Source: Callorhinchus milii (Eukaryota). From it: a stretch of DNA of 64,000 bases. A program made the position numbers and the translations under genes. The DNA lies in the NCBI RefSeq assembly GCF_018977255.1, contig NW_024704742.1:78432001-78496000 (forward strand), in the 5' to 3' direction. Below the pieces are notes generated by a model. That model was given only the letters and a program-made list of their open reading frames with translations. It ran no database searches and was not told where the DNA came from. Positions 49,755 to 63,370 of this stretch are shown one piece after another (positions within the stretch are counted from its first letter, which is position 1; each line of letters opens with the position of its first letter).

Positions 49755-52175
49755 GCAACAAAATTACATTTATAGAGCACCTTTCAAGTCAGGAGGACGT
49801 CCCAAAGAGCTGAACAGTCAGGTGTTGGGGCCTGAACATGGGGGAGGGGTGGGGGAGGGGTAGGGAAGGTGGAGAGGTGGGAGGGCGACCAAAGGCACGG
49901 TTGAAGAGAAAGGTCTTGAGACCGGCCTTGAAGGAGGCAAGGGAGGAAGCGAGGTGAAGGGACCGTGGGATGCAGTTCCAGAGTGTGGGGGCAGAGAGGC
50001 TGAAAGCCTGGCCACCGATGGTAGGGCGGGTCGGGCGGGAGACATGGAGCAGATCGGAGCCCACTGAACGGAGGAAGAGGGCAGGTAGGTAGGAAGTCAG
50101 CAGATCAGAGAGATAGAAGGGGGCAAGGCCATGGATGGCCTTGAAAGTGAGGATGAGAATCTTGAACTCTTAGCCTCCTTCAAGTCCCACCTCAAAACTC
50201 TCCTCTTCGACCATGCCATCACCCTTTCCCTCCCCTCCCTTCTCCCGCCCTGACCCCAGCTCGGGTCTGAAATGCTGTACACTGTCCAGCGCTTTGGGAT
50301 GTTCTCCCGACTTGAAAAGCGCTATACAAATATAATCTTGTTGTTGTTGTTGTTCAACTCGATCTTCAGGGGATGGGGAGCCAGTGGAGTCGGGCGGGAG
50401 TGATGGGGTCACGGAGCCTGGTGCGCGAGAGTACGCAAGCTGCAGAGTTTTGGATGACCTGCAGCTTGTGAAGGGAAGAGTTGGGAAGGCCGATGAGGAG
50501 GGAGTTCCGTAATCGAGCCTTGAGGTGACGAATGCGTAGGTGAGGGTTTCGGCAGCCTGAGGGGTGAGGCAGTGGCAGAATCTCGTAATGTTGCGGAGGT
50601 GGTGGTAAGCAGTGCCGGTCATGGCGCGGATGTGGGGGAGAAAGGACAGTTCAGGGTCAGACAAGATACCCAGTTTCCTGACTGGCTCAGTGAGGTTGAG
50701 TGTGCAGCTGTGGAGGCTAATGCTGCCAGTGCCCGAGGTGCAGATTGGCGTGAGCCAATCAGGAGGGCCTCGGTCTTGCTGACGTTGAGTTGGAGAAAGT
50801 TGTCCCTTCCAGGACTTGATGTCGGACAGGCAGTTGGTCAGGACGCCACTAGTCCTGGAGTTGAGGCTGGAGGCAGAGAGATAGAGTTGGGTGTCATCCA
50901 CATACATGTGGAACTTTACCCCATGTCTGCGGATGATGTCACCAAGGGGGAGCATGTAGAGGGTGAAGAGGAAGGGACCAAGGACAGAGCCCTGAGGAAC
51001 ACCACACGAGACAGTGCGGGGGCTGGAGGAGATGCTGTTTGCCGTGACGAAGTGGAGGCGGTGTGAAAGGTAGGACCTGAACCAGTCAAGGACAGAACCT
51101 TGAAGGTTGAGGTGGGAGGAGAGGCGGTGGAAGAGGATTGATTGGTCTACGGTGTCAAAGGCAGTGGAGAGGTCAAGGAGGACGAGGAGACAGAGGGAGC
51201 CCTGGTCACACATGGTCAGGATGTTATTTGTGACCTTGACAAGAGCAGTTTCCGTGGAAGGGTTCATGGAGGAAGTGGGAGGAGAGGAAAGAGCGAAGCT
51301 GGGAGGCAATGGTTCTCTTAAGGACCTTGTTTAGGAAAGGGAGGTTTGAGATGGACCGGTAGCTGGATAGCTGTGATGGGTCAAGGGAAGTTTTCTTCAA
51401 GGTGGGGGTGATAATGGCTGTTTTGAGCGGGGAAGGATCAGTGCCAGATGACAAGGAGAGGTTGATGATGTCAGCGAGAAGTGGGGCAAGGAGGTGGAGC
51501 TGGGATTTAAGGAGAGGGGTGGGGATGGGGTCCAGGGAGCAGGTGGTGGGCTTCATGGAGGATATGGTGGTGAAGACAGAGGAGGGGTTGACAGATTCGA
51601 AGGTGTGGAAGGAGGGGTGGGTAATTGTCGGAGTGTGGGGTGGGGGTAGGGAGGGGGTGGAAGTTGGAGGGGCAGTGGCAGCTGTGCGGATTCACTTGAT
51701 TTTGGACGCAAGGAAGTCCAGCATTTTCTCGCAGTGAGAGTCAGAGGATAGAATCTGCGAGGTGTGGCGGGGAGAGCGGAGGAGGTGGTTGGTGGTGGAG
51801 AACAGGAGCCGGGCGTTGCCTTTCGTCTCCAGGATTAACCTGGAATAGAAGGATGATTTGGCTGAAGCGAGAGCGGAGTGGTAGTTCTTGATGAGGTCCA
51901 GCCAGATGTGGTGGTGGACCGTTAGGCCAGAGTTGAGCCTAGTGCGTTCAGCAGCCCGCACCTGGCCCTTGAGCAAGCAGAGGTGGCTGGTGAACCAGGG
52001 TGAGGTTCAGAAATAAGAGGCAATTCGGGAGGTGAGGGGGGCAAAGACGTTGAATGTGGTGGAGAGGGGGCTGTGGAGAAGGGTAAGTGCAGCGAGTGGG
52101 TTGGTGCGAGAGGTGGGCCAGAGGGAGAGGAGTTCAGAAGAATCCAGGGCAGAGGAGAGGGACTTCGGCGAAAAT
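49755..52175 (-). mobile_element. L2 LINE ~2.2-kb 5'-truncated copy (family A) with RT domain, interrupted by a nested L2 tail
   Basis: ORF 50170..51309: [33 protein letters not shown]; frameshifts present. Confidence 0.92.
50170..50355 (+). mobile_element. L2 3' fragment nested antisense inside the 49755-52175 L2
   Basis: Flanked by AACTC direct repeat (50165-50169 / 50356-50360). Confidence 0.85.
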
Positions 52176-54494
52176 CTTCATACCAGCTTCTTAATTCAAA
52201 AATAAAATAAAAGTAAATCTGCTATCCCACTAAGTACCACTCTAGTACTATGAGCTACAAGCAGGTTCAATGTATGGTAAACCCTGGCTTGGTCAATGTT
52301 TTTCAGTATTGACAGGGCAGAATTTGCACGTATTGGTCAATTAAACCATTACAGATTTCAATCTTTGTCCCAATTGCACTTCAAAAATACAGCACATTGC
52401 AAAGGGAAATACTACATTTTAGGAACAACCTCTTAAAGGGTGTAGAGAGTTTCTCCTGATATCCTGGCCAGTAACTTGCCACATAAAATTGGTCATTCAC
52501 TTTTCGTTTGCAGGAAATTGCTGTGCACAAATTAGCTCCCGTATTCACCTGCAGAATATATTGACTACACTTTACAATGTGAAGTGTTTTGAGACATCCT
52601 ACTGATGAGAAAATCGCAACGTCAAATTATTATTAATAATAATAATTATTATTATTGTTGTGTTGGAATCATTCACTAAGGTATATGGACATTAAAATAG
52701 CAAGTAAGAACACCACCAATAACTTACTGGGTAATGTATTATACCAAACGTTACAAGGGTTATACCAAACCATTGATACAAAAGATCACAGATTGGCTTG
52801 ACAGATCACAGTTGACTTCAAATGGCATGCTACTATTAGGCTCACCTTTCTAGGGATAGAGAAGTTCAGCCAGGATTTCAACTGTTGTTCTCTATCTAGT
52901 AACTTTTGCTGAAAAATGTACACTGGTGGAAGTGGGGTGAAAAAATGCATGTCGGTTGGGCTTTCATGGCCAGAGTCTGTGTAAACAAACTCCAACACAG
53001 GTCAGCATCTTTAGGAGAGTGGTGGAAATTGATTGTGATGGTTAACATGGCCAAGCCAGGAGCAGTGCTCATACAATATCAATACATCTGAGAAGCCAAA
53101 TTCCATTTACAGTATAAACATTGTTGTACTTTTTTGTAAATTGTTCTGCACAATTTAGGATTACACCCAATTGTGGGATTTCATTCTTAAATTGGAAGCC
53201 AGTTCTTTTTAAATACCTTGGAAACCCGGCTTCCAAATTGTATTGTAATTTCAAGGCTTTTCCACAACTCTGTGTTAAGACTAGGTGGAATTTCAGGTCT
53301 CAGGACTGCAAATGCTGGGTACTTTTTCTCTCCCTTAGCGTAAGCACTCAGAGCAGGGGCATCCATGTGTACTTGTCTGTGTGTTGGCCTAAATCCTGTC
53401 CTTGAGACAGGAATTGGACAGAAATAATGAAGAAAATGAACAAACAAATAAAATGATTTATATTACCCCAAATACCAGGTGAAGTTGAAGGAACGAATAT
53501 GACAACATGTTGTCTGCAAAGCAGCCCTCAATGGATTTCCAATTTCCAACATTCTCGGTCTTATCATATTGCTAACTGTCTGCCTAGCTTTATGAGCTAC
53601 GACATTACTTTTTTATATTTTCTATTCCTTGAGTCTTGTGCATGGTTTGCAGAGTTATTTCCTCAATGATGGATTGCCTGAAGTATCCAAAATAATTCCA
53701 TAGAAACAAGGGGCCAAAAATGGAAATGATGATCAATCCACTGGCTAAGTGAACCACATTGACTGAACAGTTCATGTTCAGTGAAGATGTATCTACTCTG
53801 CCCCATTTGACTGTGACATTAAACTAAACCAGTTGTTGATTTAAAAGTCAAATGAAAATATCTCTTGTGTTGATTAAATTGGAAGTCTGCACAGCCAGTG
53901 GCACTAATGCCAATACAATCTTATAAAGATGCCAAGGTTTATCAGGAGCTTTATTTTGGGTCCTAGACACTTAAACTGCTGTTTGGTGATGAATTGCTAT
54001 GGATTTGGTGGTGATTTGTAGCCAATGTGCAGGACAACTGGGGGTTGTGGCAGTGTGAATCAGACTGGAGTTTTACACCAGGCTTTTATTTTGTTCAGAG
54101 AAGTGTCTGGCACACACAGAAACTCATTACTTAATAATCCCAGCCAGACTGAGAGTTTCATATACATAAGCCAACTATTCATGGAGATCCACATCTCAAA
54201 CACTCATCACCCTTTCAGAATATTTTGTGATAAATAATAACACCTGCATTTGATACAGCACCTATATATGTTGAAATGTCTCAATGTCTTCCTAGGTAAC
54301 CGCTGTCAAAAGTGACCTTGTACTTGTTGGCAACTGAACAAATTATCTGGAGGATTTCCAGGAGACAGGAAGAAACCCCCTTTTTTGTTTGGAATGGTGT
54401 CCTGCAACCTTTAATGTCCACCTGAACAGACAGATGGGACTGCAAAGAAATGCCTTAATCACTTTTGAAAGCAATCCAAATAATCTGGCAACAT

Positions 54495-54613
54495 TTGCCC
54501 ACAAATATACAGTCAATTCACTTTACAGTATATTCTGTGAAGCGCTTTGGGACGTCCTCCCGACGTGAAAAGCGCTATATCAAATGCAAGGATTATTATT
54601 ATTATTATTATTA
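54495..54613 (+). mobile_element. SINE 3' fragment
   Basis: Family tail with (TAT)n. Confidence 0.88.
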
Positions 54614-55047
54614 TAACATGTTGGAAATAGAAAACAAGCCAGACAAACTGCTGTTGGAAACCTGGAAGAGGATTATAGCACTTGTTTTGGGATTAATTAG
54701 ATCCCTTTTGAATGCTGGATAAACATAATCTTTTTTTTGCATGGGTTAAATTTCTATGCAGTCCAAACATCAAACTCCATACAGAGTCGTTGCCTCAATG
54801 TCACTGGGAAACATCCATTAGAGGCAGTATGCATTTAACTTTCACCTGCCTTTAACAAACATTTTTTCACGTTCCTGCAATAGCAATGAGATTTTAAAGG
54901 AACGGGAGAGTAAGCATTTATCAGTGATTTCAGTGCACATCTGGTCCATGTGCTTAACAAAAACAATATCCACAATATTAAATTCAATTCAATCAATATT
55001 GGGAGTGGTTAACTTTTGTACTTGCAAGTAATTCACTCTGTGTATAT

Positions 55048-55362
55048 TAATAATAATCCTTGCATTTGATATAGCGCTTTTCACGTCGGGAGGACGTCCC
55101 AAAGCGCTTCACAGAATATACTGTAAAGTGAATTGACTGTATATTTGTGGGCGAACGCGGCAGCCAATTGCGCACAGCAATGTCCCACAAACAGTCGTGG
55201 ATTGAAAATTACCAATTTATTATTGTTTTTGGTTTTCGAGGGATTATTATTAGGCGTGTGGAGTAAGGAAACTTGCCCAAGGTTTCGCCCTCTGCCTGGA
55301 ATTGAACTCAGGTCTCTCACTTGCAAAGCGAGTGCTCTAACCACTGAGCTACAGGACTCCAC
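55048..55362 (-). mobile_element. tRNA-derived SINE, young subfamily, in chrnb3 intron 1
   Basis: Reverse-complement full-length copy. Confidence 0.93.
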
Positions 55363-55429
55363 TGGGAGTGGGAGTCTATTGGGAATGAATTGCCTCTGAT
55401 CATCAATACGTTTATTGTATACGTTCATG

Positions 55430-56005
55430 TCTAAGCTCAATTATTCCAAAGTCCTGCTTACCTGATTCCCCAACTCCTCATTGCACAAGCTACAGGCTAT
55501 CCAGTACTCTGCAGCCCCTGCCCTCTCCGACATCAGGCTCCTGCGAGCCTATCAACCCCATTCTTGCTCAACTCCACTCGCTCCCCATCCCCCATGGATC
55601 AAATTCAACATCTTCATCCTTATGTTCAAATCCCTTCACTGCCTCCCCCAGTTTACCCCTGAGACCTCCTGCAACCCTACCCACACTCCACTCAGCTAAC
55701 ACCAACCTGCTTCATGTTTCCTGCCTCATCTGTCCTACCATCAGTGAGTGAGCTTTCAGCTGTTCTGCTCAAGCTTTCTGGATCTCCATCCTGAAGACTC
55801 ATTCTGTGTCACTCCTTCCTTCCCGACCGCTAAAGCCTGCCTTAAAACTTATATTTGACTCACCTTTCTCACCTGACTCATCCAGTTGCAGCCCCCACCC
55901 CCAACTGAGATGCAAAATCAGCTGAGATGCAAAATCAGCTGGGTGAAGCACTTTGGGACACCATCCTGACGTGAAAGACGATACATAAATGGAAACTGTA
56001 TTGTT
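55430..56005 (+). mobile_element. L2 3' fragment, degraded
   Basis: KLQAIQYSAA...IKFNIFILMFKSLH. Confidence 0.75.
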
Positions 56006-59000
56006 TTTTGGACATTGCCCATAAATTTAGCACTTGCAAATAATAAGATGTGTTTGCCTGCCAAGGTCACTTGACTTACAAATATATCAGACCCAACCTG
56101 TCAGCATGGAAAAGATTGGATTCAGAGTAGCATTTCCCTTATTCTGCTCCTCAGAATGTGTCAAGAAGTCCCTGTGGCATCTGTGTGATACTTGTTCACT
56201 TCCCACATTAATCACCCTTTAGCTCCTTTTGAGTGAGATTCCCGATTTAGTGCTGAATGATGGATAGCTTTGTAATATGAACATCAGCAAAGCACCCATT
56301 CAGCCAACAGCCAGAGAGAACTTTCATCCCATGAGCCTGAGACATCTTTCAAGGCCTGAGAAATGAAAGGTTACTGTACTAATTCAGCCTCTCTGGATCA
56401 CGATGTGAAGATATTATAGACTAACTGGCTACAAACAGTGCTTCATAATTACACACTAAATAGTCAGATCTAACTAAAGGCACTCTAAAACACAACAGTG
56501 GGTCAGTCAATTGGAAGGTCATTCACTATTTCAGCACTAATTGAGCGCTCTCTGCTAGTATCCTGAGCAACTGTAAACGTTACAAAGGAATGAAGTAAAA
56601 TTTAAGATGGTGCAAAATTTTGGAAAATTCTTCACTTCAGTTTTAATTTGGAAACTCAGTTAAAAAGAGATCGAGAATCTTCTAACATTAATCTTAAATT
56701 TTAAGAGAATGGTTTTAGGGCTAAAACCATGAAAAAAATTCTGTGGGAATCAAATGCAGAGAAATAGTAATGAAAAATAGAAGATTTCCCTGGAGGAAAT
56801 AACATCTCTATTAGAACATACAACATAAGGGAACTCTGGACCACTGCGAATAAAAAGTAAGATTCGATTCACTCCAAAGGATCAGGTGGAATCATAATTC
56901 ATGGAACACAGCTTTAGGTGTTTGCAGCTGTCACCTGACCATCCCTTCCACCTCTCTACCCAGATTTATAATAAATCTCTGGCATCTCTAATATCTAGCC
57001 GCAGTTTCAATCAAGAGAAAATCATATGAATGGCAGTCATGAGCAAAGTTGAAATGAAATTGATTAGACATTGTCCCAGCCTATTCTGCTGTGATCTGTG
57101 GAGAATTGCACTTTCACTTAGTTGGATAAGAGAGTCCCATAAGGCAATTATTCTGCAATTAAGCAGAATTGCAAGACAATTTAGATAATATCTGGACTCA
57201 GCATGCTAACTGGAAAACAATGAATAGTTATTTGCATTCCTCCTTGGAGAGAGGATGTAAGTGGTGTTTTTCTGGGCTGGGGCTAGCTCCATAGTTCCAT
57301 GTCTGATGAATGGAGAGTGAAATTAAATCAAATTTGTTGTGGACTTGATGACCTGACACCTGAATCAGTCAGTGGGTGTGGGGCAGGATAAGAGCTTAAT
57401 GCATTTGGTTATGCTGGACAAAGTCAATGCATCATGCAGATGCTGTTGGAAGATACCATACTCCATGCTTGGGCATTCAATGGTGCTTGCAAATGTAAAT
57501 TTATCAGCAAGGGATTTATCAGATTTATTCCACCTTGGTCTAGATTTATTCTATTAACTTTGCATTTCACAGCATGCAGGATTTGGCAAATAAAGCCTTT
57601 TAGTTAACAGTTCATTCTACCACAAAAACTGCAACATTTACTTGGTTTGATTTCAACAGCATGCAAATGCATATTATGAGACTCATGATGCATTGACTTC
57701 TGTGTTCTTCTACTATAACCAGATACATTAAAACCTCACCCTACCCACAGACACACTCTCAAGGGAACAGATTGCATGTTCTAGACCTAACGAACAGAAA
57801 TCCTGCTTCTCAGCAGCCAGGACTCCGGTGTTTTAAACACAGCAATTTGTACTCCCAGCTCATCCAAATAAAAGGCCACTTGGGAGTGATAATAAAGCAG
57901 TAATCTTTTTAAGGAGTTCAGATAAAATCATAAATCCCAGAACCCTTGAGACACGTGGAAATTGCTTGTGCAGTTGTTAGTAACCAGCAGTGTTTGTGAG
58001 AAGGAGAAAAACATGAGTGGAAAAACCCTGGGCTTTGCCAGCCTGGGATCCATTATCTGTTATTTTGCAGATCTGATTTGAGTTAAGTGAAATTAATTCT
58101 ATTTTCAATGTTATTGTTTTGTCTATCTATTGCTGTATTAGATGTTGTAATGCCAGTTACTGCAAATACTGCTCATTAGGAATAACAAACCTTACGTTAC
58201 AGCAGCACCAAATAAAATGGAATTTGACAATGATTTTCTAACTTGTTAGACATCATTACCTGAGGGCTTCAGGGTAACAGAATATTCCAATGTGAAAGAA
58301 TTTGCATCTTACAAAATAAACATTTATTTACAATTTTCTTGTTAAATAGCTGCTCTGAGGTTATAATGATCCAGAACTTAATACCAGCACTCAGCATTTT
58401 AGTGTTACAAAGCACTGCAGTCAGCACTAGAACCATTTATTTAGCTAGTGAGGTAAGGTAGCTTCTATTACTATCTTGTATTCCTGAGATGGCAACTTTC
58501 CAAGGTGAACCTGAGTGATAATGAATGATGGTTCACAGTGTTCTTCAGTTTCCAGCACTGTTTATGAGAAGCAGAAACGATTTGGAAAGGATATGTTTTG
58601 TGTGTGGATACATAGATATTGTAATAAGAATCACTCTTTAGGAGATGTCATGAGCAAATAGAGCCCCAGTGACACGTAATGATTTGCATAATTGCAATCT
58701 GTATAAAGCGCTGGTTCTTCTGATGGTGGATTAGTAATTCATGATACTTGCCTGAAATTTGTTTTCATGTTGATTCATATTTTTGATTACAAAACAGAGT
58801 TATTTCAAAAGAAACTATCATGAACACTTTCTTCTAAAAAGAATTAACCTCCTCCTCTCCAGAACTGTTTTGTTTTCCTAGAAATGATTGTTTGGAAATG
58901 TCAAAGATTACAGTATGACAGCAATTTACAAACAGTCTAGTTTGAAAGCAACTCCTCACAAATATGCTACATGATGTTAAAGGCTTTGGGAGTTAGTTAC

Positions 59001-59919
59001 CATCCTAGAAATTATTTTACCAATGATATTAGCATTCCATACATAAAATGCTAATTTTATTTAAAAAAACTTGGGAGCAGCCCCTATCCAAACTTTTTAT
59101 AAGGTTATGCAAGAAAGGAAAGAGAAGCGAGTTTTCCTGAGTGTCCTGGCCAACAATCCCTGAGATAAAATTGGTCATTCACTTCTTGGCTATTTGTGGG
59201 ACATTGCTATGTGCAAAAATAGCTACTGGGTTTTCCAACAAATACACAATCACTACGCTTTACAGTAGCACTTTGAGACATCCTCCCGATGTGAAAGGCG
59301 CTATACCAAATGCAAAGATTATTTTATTACTCACATTAAGGTGCATCAGTACAAGAAGGCATAAATTCAGGGACAAAAAACAGGATGTATTTCTTCATGA
59401 AGAGAGTAATTAACAACTGGATATTGGTTACCAGAATGGGTGGTAAAGACCAGGATGCTGGACTCAGTTAAGATACAGATTCGTAAAGCTTGAATCTGCA
59501 ATGGGAAAACAGTTTTGGTGGGTATTCCCCAAAGAAGATGAGATGAAGTGAACTAAAGGCATTCTTCAAATGTACTCCTCTTGATTATTTTCCCAATTCT
59601 TTCTATTGTGGTGCTGATAAAATAAAAGGATGTTAGGGGTAAGATATCTCATGTAATGACTTTTAATAATGTGTGCTTATACTGGGGAAACTCACAATGA
59701 CAGCTAACAACCTCAAACATGGCAGTTAAATATCAGCCCCCGCCCCATGACATCATCAGATAGCCATTTTAAAACACAGTTTTATTCTCCATACAGTGAG
59801 AATTTGATAATGATTTCATGGTTGATGGAATTCTCCATTGTACATAACTTTAAAAAATGTTGCATTCAGAAAATAACTTTGGGTAACTGCCCTTTTTCAT
59901 TACAATTTAGCCTTTACAT

Positions 59920-59963
59920 CTTATTGATTTACTTATTGATTTACTTATTGATTTACTTATTGA
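59920..59963. repeat. 12-bp tandem repeat (CTTATTGATTTA) x~3.7
   Basis: Directly visible. Confidence 0.9.
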
Positions 59964-61747
59964 TGTAACTAACCTATCAACAACAAAAACTTGCAAATAT
60001 CTAGTGCCTTTTATGTGTAGTAGCATTTTGGAGCACTTAACAATGATAGTGCTTGACATCTATCAGGACCTTACTTTAAATCATAATAAGATAATATTCT
60101 TTGTATTTGATATGGCACCAATAAACTCAAAATGTCTCAAATTCTTCACAAGTAATAGCTGCCAAGTGTAATGTGTAATGACTGTGAATTTGTAAATAAA
60201 TCTAGCAGGGTTAATACAAAGAGGAAATACAGATGTAAATTTTGAACACATTTTCAATCTGTTCCTGTGAACAGGCAACAGCATTTGATTTATGTTGACT
60301 CTACTGGGGTGAAATTCCACCTAGTTCTTGAATTACTCTATAGTTATATTTCAGAGCACACAGAATTTGGCAATTTCTTAAATACAGTCTTCATTTTGAA
60401 TCTGCCTTTCCTGTGCATTTCTTTTAAGGATTACAGAAAAAGCAGCTTTGAAGTTATGGCTGAATTCCACAATTTTCCAAATTCTAGAACCTCTGAAATG
60501 CTATATAATAGATTAAATTGAGAGCCATGTGGAAAGTCTCGCCTTACAAACACAAAATAATTCATGTAACTATTATATGCAATTGATAGACAGTAAACAT
60601 AAATAATCCTTGCATATAATATAGCACCTTATCACATCATCCAGATATCTGAAAGTACTTCATAGATTTACTGTAAAGGATGGTGTGTTGTGTAGGCAAA
60701 TGGGACAGCCAATATATTCAAGCAATATCCCACAAACAGCGATGAATTAAATGATCAATTTTGTCTGGGGGATTGCTTGCCGAGACTTCATGGGAAACCC
60801 CCTTCTCTTTCTCAATACAGATGAAACAATAAAGAATTGCTGGATTTTTTTTCAATCAAATATTCCCATTGGGCGAATGTCTCATCTCAATTGTGTTGTA
60901 TCAAAGTGGGGAATAGCTGCTCAGGGAGTTATCCAAAAAGGAGAGAAAAACGGGAAAATCACTGCTCTCACACACCCTGTATCAACTGCCTACGTTGATG
61001 GAGGCTGACAGCACTGCAGCCTTTCCTTTCCACCAGCTCGGAAAGTTGCAGTGGTGGGAAGAATTCAAAAGGAAAAAGGGGAAGAGAAAATTATTCCCAG
61101 ATATAAAAAGTGAAGGTTTGGATTTTCAAATAAAGTATATTTTCCAGTCCTACAAATCCGTACCAATGCTAAACAATACAGTAACTGGAGGCTGTGTTTT
61201 TGTTTTTAAAAAAATGAAGTTAAGATAATCGAAACAAAGTTTCTGAGAATCAAACTTACATGTAAAAGAAACAACTATAACACGCCTAAAGTATTGACTT
61301 AAATTCACCGGTTTGACTATATCATGACTCTTTCAAGAATTGGTGACACACATGAGGAGTTAGACAATACTTCTAAATCAACTGTAGACTTTATTTAGGT
61401 TAAAGCACGGCTTCTTAGAGTGCCTTGAACATTACGTTTACTTTGTTTTTTCAATCAAACGTTTCTCTTCAACCATGCCTTCACCTCCCCTCTCGACTCT
61501 CTAGCCCCTCCTCGCTCCCTCCCTTCCCTCCCCTCACCCTGACCATTTCCCCCCTGCTCAGGTCCCGACCCAACTGTGCAGCGCCTTTGGACGTCCTCCC
61601 AACATGAAAGGCGCTCTATAAATGCAATCTTGTTGTTGTTGTTGTTTTCCTGTTCTCTTTAAAACCCATCTTTGTTTCATTCCACGCAATAGCCCAGATG
61701 AATTACAGAGCACTTTGCCAGCCTGCAAGCCACTGAAAATATATATT

Positions 61748-61860
61748 AATAATAATAATCCTTGCATTTGATATAGCGCCTTATTATGTCTTTGAGGCGT
61801 CTCGAAGCGCCTGCGGCAGAATATACTGCAAAGTGAATTGACTGTATATTTTGTGGGCAA
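61748..61860 (-). mobile_element. SINE 3' fragment
   Basis: Reverse-complement tail. Confidence 0.8.
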
Positions 61861-62024
61861 AAAAATTCAACCACTGTGCTTTGTAACAAACAGGGCACTC
61901 AAGTGATCTCCCTGTCTCCCTGTGTTCCTCTGTGTGTGTGTTGCGCAGGTACCGCCCAGCTCTCCACACAGTGCAGGTAATTATTCCAGCTGGTGGCTGG
62001 GAATTTGCTGTTGAATTCACTGGG

Positions 62025-62180
62025 TTGTGGGACATTGCTGTGCGCAATTGGCTGCCGCGTTCGCCCCAAAATATAAAATCAATTCACTTTACAGTACATT
62101 CTGTGAAGCGCTTTGGGACGTCTGGAAGACGTGAAAAGCGCTATATCAAATGCAAGGATTATTATTATTATTATTATTAT
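62025..62180 (+). mobile_element. SINE 3' half
   Basis: ttgtgggacattgctgtgcgcaattggctgccgcg through (TAT)n. Confidence 0.88.
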
Positions 62181-62940
62181 CTGTTCAGTGTCAATCGTTG
62201 CCAAGGCGCTTTGACCAAGTCGCAACGCTGCCCTTTTCCGACCTCCTGCCCTGCGGCCCCATCAAACATTTACAGTCTTGCGGGGCAAATCCGAGCAGAT
62301 GCGTCTTCACGACATCTTTAAACGAAGTGGCTGCATTTCTTTGACCAAAGCTTCTGCAAACGTGGCCAGATTGAAACATCTCCAGATGGTGGAGCAGCGA
62401 CTTGCTTGATTTTATTTTCCATGTGCTACAAACAGCACTTTTTTTTTTACACACACACACACACACATAAACACACGCAATTCAACTCATCGACTAAAAA
62501 GTCTCTTTCTCCTTTTTGCATTTTATAACAATAATAACGACCTGATCGCCCTTCCATTCCCTGCACCTTTGTGTCCTTAGTATAATATATTTATATACAT
62601 ATATATATAAACAGATCAGTTCTCTCTCTCTCTCTGTTATTGACACTTCATTCAGGACGGAATCAGATCAGATCATTCAACCAGAACCCTGACATTTCTC
62701 CAGGGATATCTCCAAATACATTTGGGTCTAAATTAATTATGAGCCCTAAATCTGAACATTAATCGTACCCAAAGGCGCGTCGGTGCAAGAACAGGGCGAT
62801 GAGTAAAGATCTGTGCAGCCAGAGACGGTGACTGAAGTCATTCATTCCCAGAACAGAGTCCAGGGAATAAATTCAGGGAATGATGCACAATATTCCTTCT
62901 GCATCGAGAAGGGAAAATGGACACAATTCTCCATCCTTTT

Positions 62941-63204
62941 TGAGTGAGTGAGTCAGTGGATGTGTGAGTGAGTGAGTGAGTGGATGTGTGAGTGAGTGAG
63001 TCAGTGAGTGGATGTGTGAGTGAGTGAGTGAGTGAGTGAGTGAGTCAGTGAGTGAGTGAGTGAGTGGATGTGTGAGTGAGTGAGTGAGTGAGTGGATGTG
63101 TGAGTGAGTGAGTGAGTGAGTGGATGTGTGAGTGAGTGAGTGAGTGAGTGGATGTGTGAGTGAGTGAGTGAGTGAGTGGATGTGTGAGTGAGTGAGTGAG
63201 TGAG
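62941..63204. repeat. (TGAG)n with periodic GGATGTG units
   Basis: Directly visible. Confidence 0.95.
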
Positions 63205-63370
63205 TTTATTTCTCTCTCACTCTGTGCCTGTGCCAACCATCCAAAACCTAACAAGATCACTGCGTTACTCAATTGCTAACTAACTGACCAGGCGGCCATT
63301 ATAACGGCATAAGAGCCCAAATAAAGGCAGTTACAGTTTATTGAGAGGAAGAGATTACACACACACTTAC

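Noticed and set aside
50170..51309. 379-aa ORF as an active reverse transcriptase gene
   Set aside because: 5'-truncated L2 with frameshifts, YVDD instead of YADD, no endonuclease, and a nested insertion.
57642..57693. Alternative chrnb3 exon 1 candidate (52 nt, phase 1, MHHESHNMHLHAVEIKP)
   Set aside because: Not hydrophobic and has a weak donor (A|gtaaat); 63371-63425 is a much better signal-peptide exon.
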